Of a DNA stretch of 36,607 nucleotides, positions 18,793-27,665 are shown in pieces. How positions within the stretch are numbered: position 1 is the stretch's first letter; the number at the start of each line of letters is the position of its first letter. A model generated the notes under the pieces. That model was not told where the DNA came from. It worked only from the letters and a program-made list of their open reading frames with translations, and searched no databases. The stretch comes from a virus (Duplodnaviria; Caudoviricetes). Both the position numbers and the translations under genes were made by a program. The stretch covers positions 1 through 36,607 of IMG/VR virus record IMGVR_UViG_3300018073_000013; one strand, 5' to 3'.

Positions 18793-20387
18793 CAGGTCCT
18801 GATGTAGTAATACATCGTGAAGTAGTTGGGCGTGAAGTCGATGGGGTCGGGCTTCAGCTTGCCGTACGAGGCCTGCAGCATGTCGTGATCGTGGGTCTGA
18901 TTGGTCCCTTCGAAGATGTGACCGTGGTGCCCGTCCGTGATGGTCTGTGGAGCCGAGAGGCCGGCACCCTGAACCTGGGCGTAGTCCGACGAGGTGGGGG
19001 AGACTTCCTTGCCGGCGTACAGCGGGGTGAGCACGGCGTTGGCTCCGATCGCCGCTCCGTCAGCCACCGGGGTCACCGTCGCCGCCACCGTGGCCACGCC
19101 ATTGTTGTGGTGGTGCGGCGTCTCGTTGTCCTTGTGAGAGTGGTCGGGCAGGGGGTGGGTGTGGATGCCGCCCGGGGACACCGCCTGGATGACGCCGGCC
19201 GGCTTCACCGCGGTCTTCGTAGCGTCGACATCGTGGCCGTGCTCGGGGATGTTGGCCTCGACCAACGTGTAGGTGTTGGTCAGGCGTTCCTTGCCGGCGA
19301 TGGTCGGGCCGAACTTGCCGACGCCGGCAGCGGAGAAGTTGGGGATGACCACCCGGCTGGTCAGGTTGGGCAGAGTGATCACCCGGTTGGGGGCATAGCC
19401 GGCAGTGAAGGGCACCAACGAGGCGATCTTGAACAGCGAGGGCCAGTCCACCTCCAGGACAGTCCTGCCGTTCAGCGGCAGCCAGCCCTTGGCCTGCATG
19501 ACGGCGATCGCTTCCATCGACTGGATCACCGTCCCGGGAGGGAGCATGTTGCCCAGGGTGGCGATCTCGTCCCACTCCAGGCCGCCCAGAGGGCTGTCGT
19601 TGGCGATGTAGGCCTTGCCGTTGCTGGGGTTCTGCCAGAAGTCGCCCTTGTTCGGCAGCGTGGGCACGGTGGTGCCCCTCCGCAGGTTGCGACCCTGGAC
19701 ATCGTGGGTGGCGTTCAGGGTCGTAGCCATCACCGTCACGGCCGACACGGTCTGGCGTACCGAGAGGCTGTCCTCGACCTGCAGGGTCGCCGCACCCGAG
19801 CGCGACAGCGTCGTGTCGTTGGCCCACACCGTGCGCCCGTCACCGTAGACCCGGTACCAATCCTGGAGCGGTGCGCTCGGGCTGGCCCCGGGGGCCTTGA
19901 AGTTGCGGATCAGGTCGTCGTTCTGATCGATGCTCGTCATCAGTGCCGGCGCGAGGAACTTGCGCTTGTCGATGACGTAGTCAGCGAGGCTCAGACCGCC
20001 CTTGCAGTAGACCGCCGCCAGGATGGTGGAGTTGACCGGAGGGTCGGGGTAGTAGGGGTCGTTCGACTCCTTGCCGGGGTGGACGTAGGGATTGCCGGCG
20101 TCGTCCACCAGGATCAGGTCGAACTTCGACAGGCCTTGGGGGATCGAGACGAACAGGTCGGTGTCGCTGACGTAGACGAACTTGCCGTTGACCATGGCCG
20201 ACCCGGGGGACACCTTGATCTGGTTGGACCCCATGCCGGTGACCTGGCAGCCCTGGAGCACGCCCCAGCGGTTCTGGGCGAGCGTGTTGAAGTCGATCCT
20301 GTCTGGCTCGGAGAGCAGTGGCTCCGTCACTGTCCCGGCGTTGGGAATGAGGAACCCACCGTGGGCCACTGATGGCTTTGCCACCAC
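18792..20387 (-). CDS. Fibre/collar-type structural protein with a phage tail-collar domain
   Basis: PPGTVI..GWLPLNG..WPSLF..TLPNL; HxH repeats (PEHGH, HTH, DHSH, HDH); C-terminal TPNYFTMYYYIRT. Confidence 0.75.
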   Translation of the reverse strand: MVAKPSVAHGGFLIPNAGTVTEPLLSEPDRIDFNTLAQNRWGVLQGCQVTGMGSNQIKVSPGSAMVNGKFVYVSDTDLFVSIPQGLSKFDLILVDDAGNPYVHPGKESNDPYYPDPPVNSTILAAVYCKGGLSLADYVIDKRKFLAPALMTSIDQNDDLIRNFKAPGASPSAPLQDWYRVYGDGRTVWANDTTLSRSGAATLQVEDSLSVRQTVSAVTVMATTLNATHDVQGRNLRRGTTVPTLPNKGDFWQNPSNGKAYIANDSPLGGLEWDEIATLGNMLPPGTVIQSMEAIAVMQAKGWLPLNGRTVLEVDWPSLFKIASLVPFTAGYAPNRVITLPNLTSRVVIPNFSAAGVGKFGPTIAGKERLTNTYTLVEANIPEHGHDVDATKTAVKPAGVIQAVSPGGIHTHPLPDHSHKDNETPHHHNNGVATVAATVTPVADGAAIGANAVLTPLYAGKEVSPTSSDYAQVQGAGLSAPQTITDGHHGHIFEGTNQTHDHDMLQASYGKLKPDPIDFTPNYFTMYYYIRT

Positions 20388-20403
20388 CTACCTCCTGTTC
20401 AGG

Positions 20404-20715
20404 TCATGCGATGTTGGAGAGCGCCCCGATGCCGTGGAGGTACCGGGCGATGTCCACCGGCAGCTGGTAGATCTTGCCCTCTTCCAGCTTGTAGTGGATG
20501 TGAGGGTTGCCGTAGGTGAACTCATCGATGGTGCGAGCCATGCGGATCTGGACCCGGCCACTCTGGTCCACCTGGGTGGGCATGGCTACCGGCTCGACAA
20601 CCACCTCCTTGGTGGCGAATCCGAGGTCCGAGGGTCGGGTGACTTCACTGGTGTCGGGATCCAGGTCCGGGTCCAAGTCGACTTGGACCTCTTGGGGCTG
20701 AGTACGTGCTGCCAT
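20404..20715 (-). CDS. Conserved hypothetical head-region protein
   Basis: 103 aa, RBS AAGGA; acidic N-terminus, then TYGNPHIHYKLEEGKIYQLPVDIARYL. Confidence 0.7.
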   Translation of the reverse strand: MAARTQPQEVQVDLDPDLDPDTSEVTRPSDLGFATKEVVVEPVAMPTQVDQSGRVQIRMARTIDEFTYGNPHIHYKLEEGKIYQLPVDIARYLHGIGALSNIA

Positions 20716-20758
20716 CGTGTGTTCCTTCTGATATGCCGATATGCGATCGACGTCGAGA

Positions 20759-21712
20759 CTACGCCTCGAACTCTTCGAGCCAGGTGACCAACGTGACCCG
20801 GGCCTTGCCGTCTACCTCGGCGTCGTAGACCTCCTGGGCCAACTCGGGGTTGGCCTCGACGTATGCCTTGACCTCATCGATGGTGTAGTTGCCGGGATCG
20901 AACGGGGTGTTCTCTTCCAGCCAGGTGATCAGGGTGGCCCGGTTCTTGCCGGCCACCTCGGCGTCGTAGATGTCCTGAAGCTCGTCGGGGTGCTCGGTGA
21001 CGAACTCCTTGACCTCGTCCACCGTGTGGGCAGCCGGGTCGTAGCCAACGGCAACGTCGGGCGGCTCCTCGCCGCCCTCTTCGCCGCCGCCCTCGGGAGG
21101 TGCCGACAGCAGGCCCATCGAAGGACCAGCACCCGTGGCCACCGGGACGACGATCGGGTAGGAACCAGCAACCGGGTACTGCGCCGGATCCGATGCAACC
21201 GTGCCGCCCGACGCCGCCGAAGTGACATCAGCAGCCGTCTTGGCGTAGGTGAACGTGGTGCCCGAGGGCGTCGAAGCGATGGTGTAGGTGCCGTTGAAGG
21301 TGGCGTCGACACCAGTGATGACGACCGACTGACCGACCTTGAAGCCGTGTGTGGCCGACGTGGTGATGGTGGCCACGTTGCTCGTCAGCGCCTTGTTCGA
21401 CACGGTCTTGGACACGTTGGTGACGGTCAGGGTGGCCGTCTTGGTGGGCTGGGTCGGCCTGAGGGGGTCACCGAAGACCGCGCCGACCGCTGCATAGGTG
21501 ACCTCGGTCGGGTCTGCCAGCACCTGTGGCGTGGGGGTGCCGTCAGGCGGGAAGGCCCAGGAGAAGTCCTGGTTCGGTCGGGTGGTGGGGGCGTCCAGCC
21601 TGAAGTCCCACTTCAACCCGTTGGTCTGGTTGACGTTGGCCATGACTGGCCCCGTCTCCTGAAGGCCACGGGACCCGAACGTGTTGGGGCCGTGAACGGC
21701 AACGATGCTCAT
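20759..21712 (-). CDS. Probable capsid decoration protein (Ig/PKD-like plus beta-barrel plus two helical repeats)
   Basis: ATG at 21712 with GGAGG. FSWAF..DGT, TITTSATHGFKVGQSVVITGVDATFNGTYTI and two C-terminal repeats; follows the capsid gene. Confidence 0.65.
   Translation of the reverse strand: MSIVAVHGPNTFGSRGLQETGPVMANVNQTNGLKWDFRLDAPTTRPNQDFSWAFPPDGTPTPQVLADPTEVTYAAVGAVFGDPLRPTQPTKTATLTVTNVSKTVSNKALTSNVATITTSATHGFKVGQSVVITGVDATFNGTYTIASTPSGTTFTYAKTAADVTSAASGGTVASDPAQYPVAGSYPIVVPVATGAGPSMGLLSAPPEGGGEEGGEEPPDVAVGYDPAAHTVDEVKEFVTEHPDELQDIYDAEVAGKNRATLITWLEENTPFDPGNYTIDEVKAYVEANPELAQEVYDAEVDGKARVTLVTWLEEFEA
20765..21045 (-). repeat. Tandem ~45-aa repeat, two copies
   Basis: YDPAAHTVDEVKEFV..YDAEVAGKNRATLITWLEE and FDPGNYTIDEVKAYV..YDAEVDGKARVTLVTWLEE. 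Confidence 0.85.
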
Positions 21713-21735
21713 GGTGATACCTCCGGTAGAGCAGC

Positions 21736-21765
21736 GTGGGTGAGGGGCCACGGCCCCTCACCCAC
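21736..21765 (-). terminator. Stem-loop just downstream of the major capsid gene
   Basis: Perfect inverted repeat GTGGGTGAGGGGCC-ac-GGCCCCTCACCCAC; no U-tract. Confidence 0.6.
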
Positions 21766-21777
21766 TGTCTGCAGTGC

Positions 21778-23217
21778 TCAGTTGGTGATGATCTTCACGA
21801 CGGACGACTCCGTCACGACACCCCAACCCCAGATGGCGTACCACGCCAGAGCGTGCTCACGGCCGAAGTCGAGCACCCCGCCGTCGCGGAGTTCGACCGG
21901 CAGCGAGATGGCGTGCCCGAAGGCGTTGTCGCCCAGCATGAGGGCCTCGTAGGCCTTGCCCGAGGGACCCCACGGCTCGCCCCATCCGGGCGTGCTGGTG
22001 GCCACCGGGTAGGTGTTGATCGACCCAGGCGGGTAGTCAGCAGCCGTGGTGGGCGCTGCGAACGGCACCGTGCCGACCGTGCCGGCCGTCTCCGTCGGGT
22101 AGCCGATGTCGCCGTACTGGTCGTTCGCCGGGTTGTAGGTCGTCGGCACGCCGGCCTGTCCGGTCGCCACCTGGGCAGCGTTGACGCCGAGGGACTGGAC
22201 GCCAGTCGCGCTGGTGCGCCAGTCCGGGTTGTCGCCGGGGGCGTTGGTGACTGCTCCACCGGGCAGGTTCGGCCACGGGTCGGTGACGTCGGTCGTGCTC
22301 GACGGCCCGGTGATCTGCGTCGTCTCGATGAACACGACGTCATCGATCCGGCCGACCTCTCCGAGCATGAAGTTCCCTGGAGCCGCGTACTTCGTGACCT
22401 CGATCCACTCCGGGGTGTCCCGGAGCCGGCGCGACTGGTGCGGGTGGATGAAGCAGACGTACGTCTCACCGAGGCGAGGCACGTTCTTGCTGGCGAGCAC
22501 CTCCACGGCGTCCTTCACCGAGTGCGGGTGGAGGTAGTACGTGTCGGCGGCGGTGCCCGTCGAGCCGGTCACGGCGGCGACGTTGGGGGCCGGGGTCCCC
22601 GGCTCGTACACGCCGTAGCCGGTGTTGATCGCGCCCGGCTTGGCGTAGCCGAAGACCACGCTCGACGCACGCGACAGCGTGTACCGGGCCTGGTTGTCCA
22701 TGTAGAGCGCCATGTTCCGGCCGAGGAGGCGGGAGGCCGACGCCATGATGTCGTCGAAGCTGGCGTTGAGCAGCAGTTCCGAGACGGCGACGGCGAAGCC
22801 CTGCTCCTGGACGGTGATCGCGTACTGGTTGGCGGTGATCGCGTGGGTCTTCATGCGAACGCCCTCCACCAGCGGCCCGGAGGGCACGGGGAGGTTGTTG
22901 TAGCGCATGAAGTTGACGGTCAATCCGGGCATGGTGCCCAGTTCGGCCTTCTTCACGGCGAACTGCTCGAAACGCAGCACGGGCATGGACTGGAACAAGA
23001 TCTCCTTGCTCCAGATGGTCTGGATGGCGGGTCCCATCATCGTGGAACCGGTCGTCACGGAGCCGGCGTAGCCGACCCCCGTGTTGTCGACGGTCGCGAG
23101 GCCGGAGTATCCGGTCGGCGCGACGTACTGGGAGAAATCCCCTCCGGTGGCCATACGGGTCGTGCCCGTGATGCCAGAGACGATGGGGAGTTCTCCGCCG
23201 AGGGATGCACCTGGCAT
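21778..23217 (-). CDS. Major capsid protein (HK97 fold, N4-gp56-like family)
   Basis: WSKEILFQSMPVLRFEQFAVKK, PGLTVNFMRY, YVCFIHPHQ, GEVGRIDDVVFIETT and DFGREHALAWYAIWG; RBS AGGAG. Confidence 0.93.
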   Translation of the reverse strand: MPGASLGGELPIVSGITGTTRMATGGDFSQYVAPTGYSGLATVDNTGVGYAGSVTTGSTMMGPAIQTIWSKEILFQSMPVLRFEQFAVKKAELGTMPGLTVNFMRYNNLPVPSGPLVEGVRMKTHAITANQYAITVQEQGFAVAVSELLLNASFDDIMASASRLLGRNMALYMDNQARYTLSRASSVVFGYAKPGAINTGYGVYEPGTPAPNVAAVTGSTGTAADTYYLHPHSVKDAVEVLASKNVPRLGETYVCFIHPHQSRRLRDTPEWIEVTKYAAPGNFMLGEVGRIDDVVFIETTQITGPSSTTDVTDPWPNLPGGAVTNAPGDNPDWRTSATGVQSLGVNAAQVATGQAGVPTTYNPANDQYGDIGYPTETAGTVGTVPFAAPTTAADYPPGSINTYPVATSTPGWGEPWGPSGKAYEALMLGDNAFGHAISLPVELRDGGVLDFGREHALAWYAIWGWGVVTESSVVKIITN

Positions 23218-23248
23218 TTGGGACTCCTATGAGGAGGAGGAGGCGGGG

Positions 23249-24058
23249 TTACCGCCTCCGTTGGCGTGGACTGGTGGCGTTCAATAGCTGTTCTCGATAG
23301 CGCTTGTACGTATCCATGTCCATTGCCCGAATGTCCTCAGGCGTCAGCTGCTCGTATGACGGAAGTTGCTCCATTGGTCCGACCGCAGGGATGGACGGCA
23401 TCGCCGCCCCTCGGAAGGGTGCCGGCTGCTGGGCAGCCTGCAGGTTCTGGAAGATCATCTCGGAGCGTTGCTTCATCTCCTCGATGGCCTGATCCACCTC
23501 TTCAGGGGTTGACCCCTGAACGAGGTCGCGAAGTTCGGGGAAGATGAACTCCGACTCTTGCTCGATGCGGGCCTGGCGGTACTGCTGTGCCTCCTGCAGT
23601 GTCCGCTCACGATCGAAGATGGCCCGATCGGTTTCGTAGCGCTGGTTGATCTCGGCCAGCTGGGCGTTGAACTCTTGCTCGCGCCGTTCGAACAGCTGTC
23701 GGAGATCCATCTCCGACTCCTCCTGCTGACGGCGGGCGTCCTCGGCCTCCTGGGCCAGACGTGCGCGCTCGGCCGCTTCGGCCTCGCGCTCGTCCTGCAG
23801 CTGCTTCAGCTGGTTGCCCATCTCCTCCAGCCGGGGGTAGAGCTTCTCCTTCTCCTCCCGGCGAGCCGCGTCCAGCTGCTCGGCGGTGAAGCGGGCCTGA
23901 GCCTGACCGTTGGGCTGATCGACCACTTGGATCGGCTGTGACACCGCCTGGTCAGGTCGAACCTGCTGGAAGTTGCTCGGCACCGGGGTGGCGGGTTGGA
24001 CCCCCACCAACACTCCCTGGCCGTCGCTCACGATTCCGTTCCCTGCCGCGTCAGACAC
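23249..24058 (-). CDS. Capsid scaffolding protein
   Basis: Acidic coiled coil with EKEKLYP; C-terminal DIRAMDMDTYKRYREQLL; immediately upstream of the capsid gene; RBS GGAGG. Confidence 0.85.
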   Translation of the reverse strand: MSDAAGNGIVSDGQGVLVGVQPATPVPSNFQQVRPDQAVSQPIQVVDQPNGQAQARFTAEQLDAARREEKEKLYPRLEEMGNQLKQLQDEREAEAAERARLAQEAEDARRQQEESEMDLRQLFERREQEFNAQLAEINQRYETDRAIFDRERTLQEAQQYRQARIEQESEFIFPELRDLVQGSTPEEVDQAIEEMKQRSEMIFQNLQAAQQPAPFRGAAMPSIPAVGPMEQLPSYEQLTPEDIRAMDMDTYKRYREQLLNATSPRQRRR

Positions 24059-24082
24059 TGTTCACGCACCTCCCGAAACACC

Positions 24083-24092
24083 AGTAATACCA
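24083..24092 (-). promoter_or_regulatory. Candidate late promoter element TGGTATTACT upstream of scaffold/capsid
   Basis: AT-rich 10-mer matching 9/10 the TGGTAGTACT upstream of the terminase. Confidence 0.45.
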
Positions 24093-24126
24093 CAGTTGAC
24101 CCGAACATCCAGGTATGACACTTCGC

Positions 24127-24480
24127 TTAGAGCCACTTCGCGCCGCCCGTCTTGTCGTCGTAGTGGACGTAGCCGGTGTGCTTGACGACGTCCATGCCCT
24201 CGGGGTCAGCGACGTGGCGGGGGTCGCCCATCGGTGACGGCCGAGGGTTGCGAGGGGCCACTTCGTACACGCTGCCGAACAGTCTGCCTTCATGTCGCGC
24301 CTTCATGGCACCGAAGTCCATGGCATCTGCGACCCGAGATGACGCGAAGGCCAGTTCGTCCATCGACCGGCTGTTCCACGTCGAGGTCAGGGGACGGACC
24401 ACACCGCCCTTGATCGCGCCGGCCGTGCCGTGGAAGTAGCGAATGTGCTGGAAGCGGTTGAGGTGGTCGGTCGCAGCCAT
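24127..24480 (-). CDS. Putative ADP-ribosyltransferase (Arr / H-Y-E clade-like), 117 aa
   Basis: True start is the ATG at 24480, coupled to the portal stop (TGATG). YFHGT..GGVVRP..AFASS..A..GSVYEVAP is the ART strand pattern seen in Arr-like enzymes. Confidence 0.7.
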   Translation of the reverse strand: MAATDHLNRFQHIRYFHGTAGAIKGGVVRPLTSTWNSRSMDELAFASSRVADAMDFGAMKARHEGRLFGSVYEVAPRNPRPSPMGDPRHVADPEGMDVVKHTGYVHYDDKTGGAKWL

Positions 24481-26138
24481 CAGTCGGTGCTCTGCTCTTC
24501 GAAGTCCATCATCTCGGGCGGGTACATGCCGTAGGCGAGCATCTGCATCTCCTGGGCCAAGGCCGGGTCCACCGGAGGCTGTGCCGGCACGGGGTTGCCC
24601 TCGGCGTCGGCGCTCATCATCGGCTGACCGTCCGGGGTCATGCCGGTCGCCATCATGTTGAAGGCGGCGATCTGGCTCTGGATGAGGGTGAGGGCACCCT
24701 GCTCCTTGGTGTCCTCCAGCATCTCTTCGAAGATCTCCCGGATCTTCTGGTCCGGGAACTGGATGCCGAGGTCGCGCAGCGCACCACGGCGGGACTCCAG
24801 GCTCATCGCCATCTTGGCCTGGATCTCGTTGATCTTGATGAGCGTGTCCATCGGCATCGGGCTGGGCCAGTCGACGTAGTTGCGGTAGCTCACCGTGGAG
24901 GCCGGGTCCAGCTGGGGCACCTGGTCGGGCTTCAGCATCGTGGAGGACAGCTGCGGGTTGTAGACGCACAGGTCGGGGGCGTAGAGGAAGGCGTGCTTGA
25001 TGACCAGTTCGTTGATGCGCTGGAAGAAGGGGACGTACTGGATCTTCTTGCGCTCATGCTTCAGCATCAGCGGCTGGTACTGCATCGACAGCGCCACGCC
25101 CGATGTGTTACTGATCGGCTGCATGGTGCCCAGGGCCGCTGCCGGCACGCCCATGAACTCATGCATCGACTGCTTCAGCAACTCCATGTAGCCGAGGGGG
25201 CCGGTGAAGTTGGTCTGCAACTCCAGGTTCTGGACCTTGGCGTCCTTGTTGCCGATGGCCCACACCTTGCGAGCGCCCTTCTCCAGGTTGGACGCCTTGG
25301 CCCCCGTGATCACCGTCACCGGAGCGACGTGGTAGTTGATGATGTCCGAGATCTCGGTGGCCTTCTCGTTGTACTCACGGTTCAGCGGGATGATGTCGTT
25401 GGCATCACCCAGCCCCCACGGAGACGAGGCCACAGCGAAGTTCTGCGTGTAGACGACCGGAATCTCCCCGACCGGGTTCGGCCGCTGGTCGATCATCTCG
25501 TCGTTGATGTACTCCTCGATGGTGTCTTCCGTCATCAACTCGACGTAGGTCATCACCTGGCGAGAGCCGTCCTGGGCGGTGCCCCAGAACTTGTACTTCA
25601 GCTTGAAGCGGATCATCCGGCTGCGGTCGTGGGGGTGCCACTCGGGGAAGCAGAATGCAGGGTTCAGAGGGAGGATGCGGATCCGGCCTTCGTGGGGGAG
25701 GCCGGCCGTGTCCACGAACGGTGGCTCAAAGGCCACCTTGGCGAAGACGTCGCCGCTCACCGCGCCCAGCTGGCCGAACTCCATGAGGAGTGCCGGCTTG
25801 GAGTTGTGGATCTCCCACACCTCCTTCAGCAGGTAGGGCACGATGGCCCCGGTGATCTCGGGGGAGTGGAAGTTCACCCCCTTGCCGAAGCTGAAGTTGA
25901 CCAGGAAGTCGATGAAGGCCCGGACCCAGTTGAAGGTCAGCTGCGGCTCCCCGATCTCACGGCGGTACGCCCACTGGTGGCCGAGATACCAGGCCCAGTT
26001 GTTGGCATATCGGGATAAGCGAGGGCCGTGTACCTCAAACTCCTCGTCGGCGAGTTCGACGAGGCCGAGGGGGCTGATAGCGATGGTGAGGTCGGAGGCC
26101 GCGGCGCGATAGCTGCCTGGCTGGAAGGCGATGGTCAT
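24480..26138 (-). CDS. Portal protein (SPP1 gp6-like)
   Basis: 552 aa; WAWYLGHQW, FNWVRAFID, GEIPVV, SPWGLGD..IIPLNREYN, SNTSGVAL. Confidence 0.93.
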   Translation of the reverse strand: MTIAFQPGSYRAAASDLTIAISPLGLVELADEEFEVHGPRLSRYANNWAWYLGHQWAYRREIGEPQLTFNWVRAFIDFLVNFSFGKGVNFHSPEITGAIVPYLLKEVWEIHNSKPALLMEFGQLGAVSGDVFAKVAFEPPFVDTAGLPHEGRIRILPLNPAFCFPEWHPHDRSRMIRFKLKYKFWGTAQDGSRQVMTYVELMTEDTIEEYINDEMIDQRPNPVGEIPVVYTQNFAVASSPWGLGDANDIIPLNREYNEKATEISDIINYHVAPVTVITGAKASNLEKGARKVWAIGNKDAKVQNLELQTNFTGPLGYMELLKQSMHEFMGVPAAALGTMQPISNTSGVALSMQYQPLMLKHERKKIQYVPFFQRINELVIKHAFLYAPDLCVYNPQLSSTMLKPDQVPQLDPASTVSYRNYVDWPSPMPMDTLIKINEIQAKMAMSLESRRGALRDLGIQFPDQKIREIFEEMLEDTKEQGALTLIQSQIAAFNMMATGMTPDGQPMMSADAEGNPVPAQPPVDPALAQEMQMLAYGMYPPEMMDFEEQSTD

Positions 26139-26620
26139 GAGTAGCCGCTCCTTCTTGGCCCGCCCAGCATGGCAGTTGCAGCGTCGGCAGTGAGGTGCTC
26201 TGCCTGTCGCCGCTTGGTGACGGGTGTATCGCCGGGCAGCGGGTTGGCGGCAGCGAAGCGTGCGCCCTCGGCCGATAGCGAACCAGAGTGCGACAGGTTG
26301 GGCTGCTTCTCCTTGGCCAGGTGGAGCATCGCCTGGGCCAGTCCCTGACCCTGGAAGCCCTTGCGGACCTCGACGGTGAGCACCTCGGGCGGGTCTTCCT
26401 TCCAGGTGTGCAGACCACCTGCCAACTGCTTGGCCGCACGCCCACCGGGCAGGATGCTGTCGGGCTTGCCGATGCGGCGGGCCATCACGGCACTACCCCT
26501 GCCGCTCACCTGGATCTCGTAGCGGTTCTTGCTGCCCTTGGGCTGGTACATGTGCGTATCGGGGTGCTCGTCACGCATGTCCCCGAACTGGCCGAAGGAG
26601 ATGTTCTCATGGGCAGCCAT
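26135..26620 (-). CDS. GNAT-family acetyltransferase
   Basis: Acetyl-CoA motif A VEVRKGFQGQGLAQAML, followed by HSGSLSAEGARFA. Confidence 0.8.
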   Translation of the reverse strand: MAAHENISFGQFGDMRDEHPDTHMYQPKGSKNRYEIQVSGRGSAVMARRIGKPDSILPGGRAAKQLAGGLHTWKEDPPEVLTVEVRKGFQGQGLAQAMLHLAKEKQPNLSHSGSLSAEGARFAAANPLPGDTPVTKRRQAEHLTADAATAMLGGPRRSGYS

Positions 26621-26838
26621 CAGCGCTGCCGCTTCGTGTAGGGCGTCTTCGCCCGCATGTAGCTGCGGTAGGCGTTCTTCATGGGGGAGCGGGTGTACAT
26701 CGCCGGGAACTGCTTGCTGCTGATCGGCGGGAACGGATCATCGACAGGGCGGTAGTCGTGGGCAGCAGAGGACATCACGATGTGGTGACGACTCGGCTGA
26801 CGCCGAGGCTTCACTTCACCGCGGTACTGGCTGCTCAT
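26620..26838 (-). CDS. Small basic hypothetical protein (72 aa)
   Basis: ATGA coupling; MSSQYRGEVKPRR...PPISSKQFP... Confidence 0.6.
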   Translation of the reverse strand: MSSQYRGEVKPRRQPSRHHIVMSSAAHDYRPVDDPFPPISSKQFPAMYTRSPMKNAYRSYMRAKTPYTKRQR

Positions 26839-27140
26839 CGCTTCTTGACGTAGGCCTTCATTGGCGCTTCTGGCTCCAGGGCCTGCGGCTTGCGCCGGCC
26901 ACCGAGCACGGGCTGGTCCGGGAACAGGGGTGCCGGGTTGTAGTCGCGCCGGTAGCCAGGGTGGACGGGGTGCTCGTACGAGCCGGCCGGGTGACCGGCA
27001 GCCAACTCCTGGTCGCCGCCCATGGTCACGCCACGACGGGGGCCGACGATGTTCGTGACCCGTCCCGCACCGATGCCGGCTCCGAAGCGCTCGGCTCCGA
27101 CCCGCCGGCTGGGCCACGCTGCGCGATTGGTCACTGCCAT
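26835..27140 (-). CDS. Small basic hypothetical protein (101 aa)
   Basis: RBS AGGGAG; MAVTNRAAWPSRRVGAERFG... Confidence 0.65.
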   Translation of the reverse strand: MAVTNRAAWPSRRVGAERFGAGIGAGRVTNIVGPRRGVTMGGDQELAAGHPAGSYEHPVHPGYRRDYNPAPLFPDQPVLGGRRKPQALEPEAPMKAYVKKR

Positions 27141-27153
27141 GATGGATATCTCC

Positions 27154-27411
27154 CTATGACCTCGGGCGGTAGTCGCCCAGGATTGCGTGTAGGAACCCCA
27201 CCGGCTCGTAGCCCTCTGTGTCAGCTGGCGCTGCCACTTCGGCCGGCAGTGCCCCGGTCATCACGGCCTGGTGGGGGTCACTGTTGATGGGCTGCTCGTC
27301 CATCCACCAAGGATCGGGCTGGGGGGCGGGGGCGAAGCGCTCACGACCCACCTGACGGTTGGGGTGAGAGGCCTGATCGGCCTTGACGACTCCGTGCCCG
27401 CTCGCCATCAC
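27154..27411 (-). CDS. Small hypothetical protein (85 aa)
   Basis: GTGA coupling; contains HPNRQVGRERF. Confidence 0.65.
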   Translation of the reverse strand: MMASGHGVVKADQASHPNRQVGRERFAPAPQPDPWWMDEQPINSDPHQAVMTGALPAEVAAPADTEGYEPVGFLHAILGDYRPRS

Positions 27412-27665
27412 TCGCGACCCTTGTCGACCTGCCAGGCGCGATCGCCCTTCAACCCCTCGCCCCTGGCGAGGCCGATGCCGGTCTGGCCGAGACGCCCACC
27501 GGCAGAGTTGATGCCGGTGAAGTAGCGCTTGCCCATGGAGTCCACCTGGAAGGCCCCGTGGCCCGGGACGTGGACGGTGTCACCGACGCCGAACGCCGCC
27601 GCGCTGACCTGCCGGCCGGGGTGGTTCTCGATGCGGGGCTTCTTGGCTCCTGGTCCACTACTCAC
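27408..27665 (-). CDS. Small hypothetical protein (85 aa), possible SH3/KOW-like fold
   Basis: GTGA coupling; HPGRQVSAAAFGVGDTVHVPGHGAFQV. Confidence 0.6.
   Translation of the reverse strand: MSSGPGAKKPRIENHPGRQVSAAAFGVGDTVHVPGHGAFQVDSMGKRYFTGINSAGGRLGQTGIGLARGEGLKGDRAWQVDKGRE

Noticed and set aside
24127-24480. Calling the ART a rifampicin-resistance gene (arr)
   Set aside because: Only the general ART pattern is visible. The context suggests a virion effector and the substrate cannot be read from sequence.
24481-24969. N-terminal part of the 280-aa ORF 24127-24969
   Set aside because: Out-of-frame overlap with the portal; the real ART gene starts at the coupled ATG at 24480.
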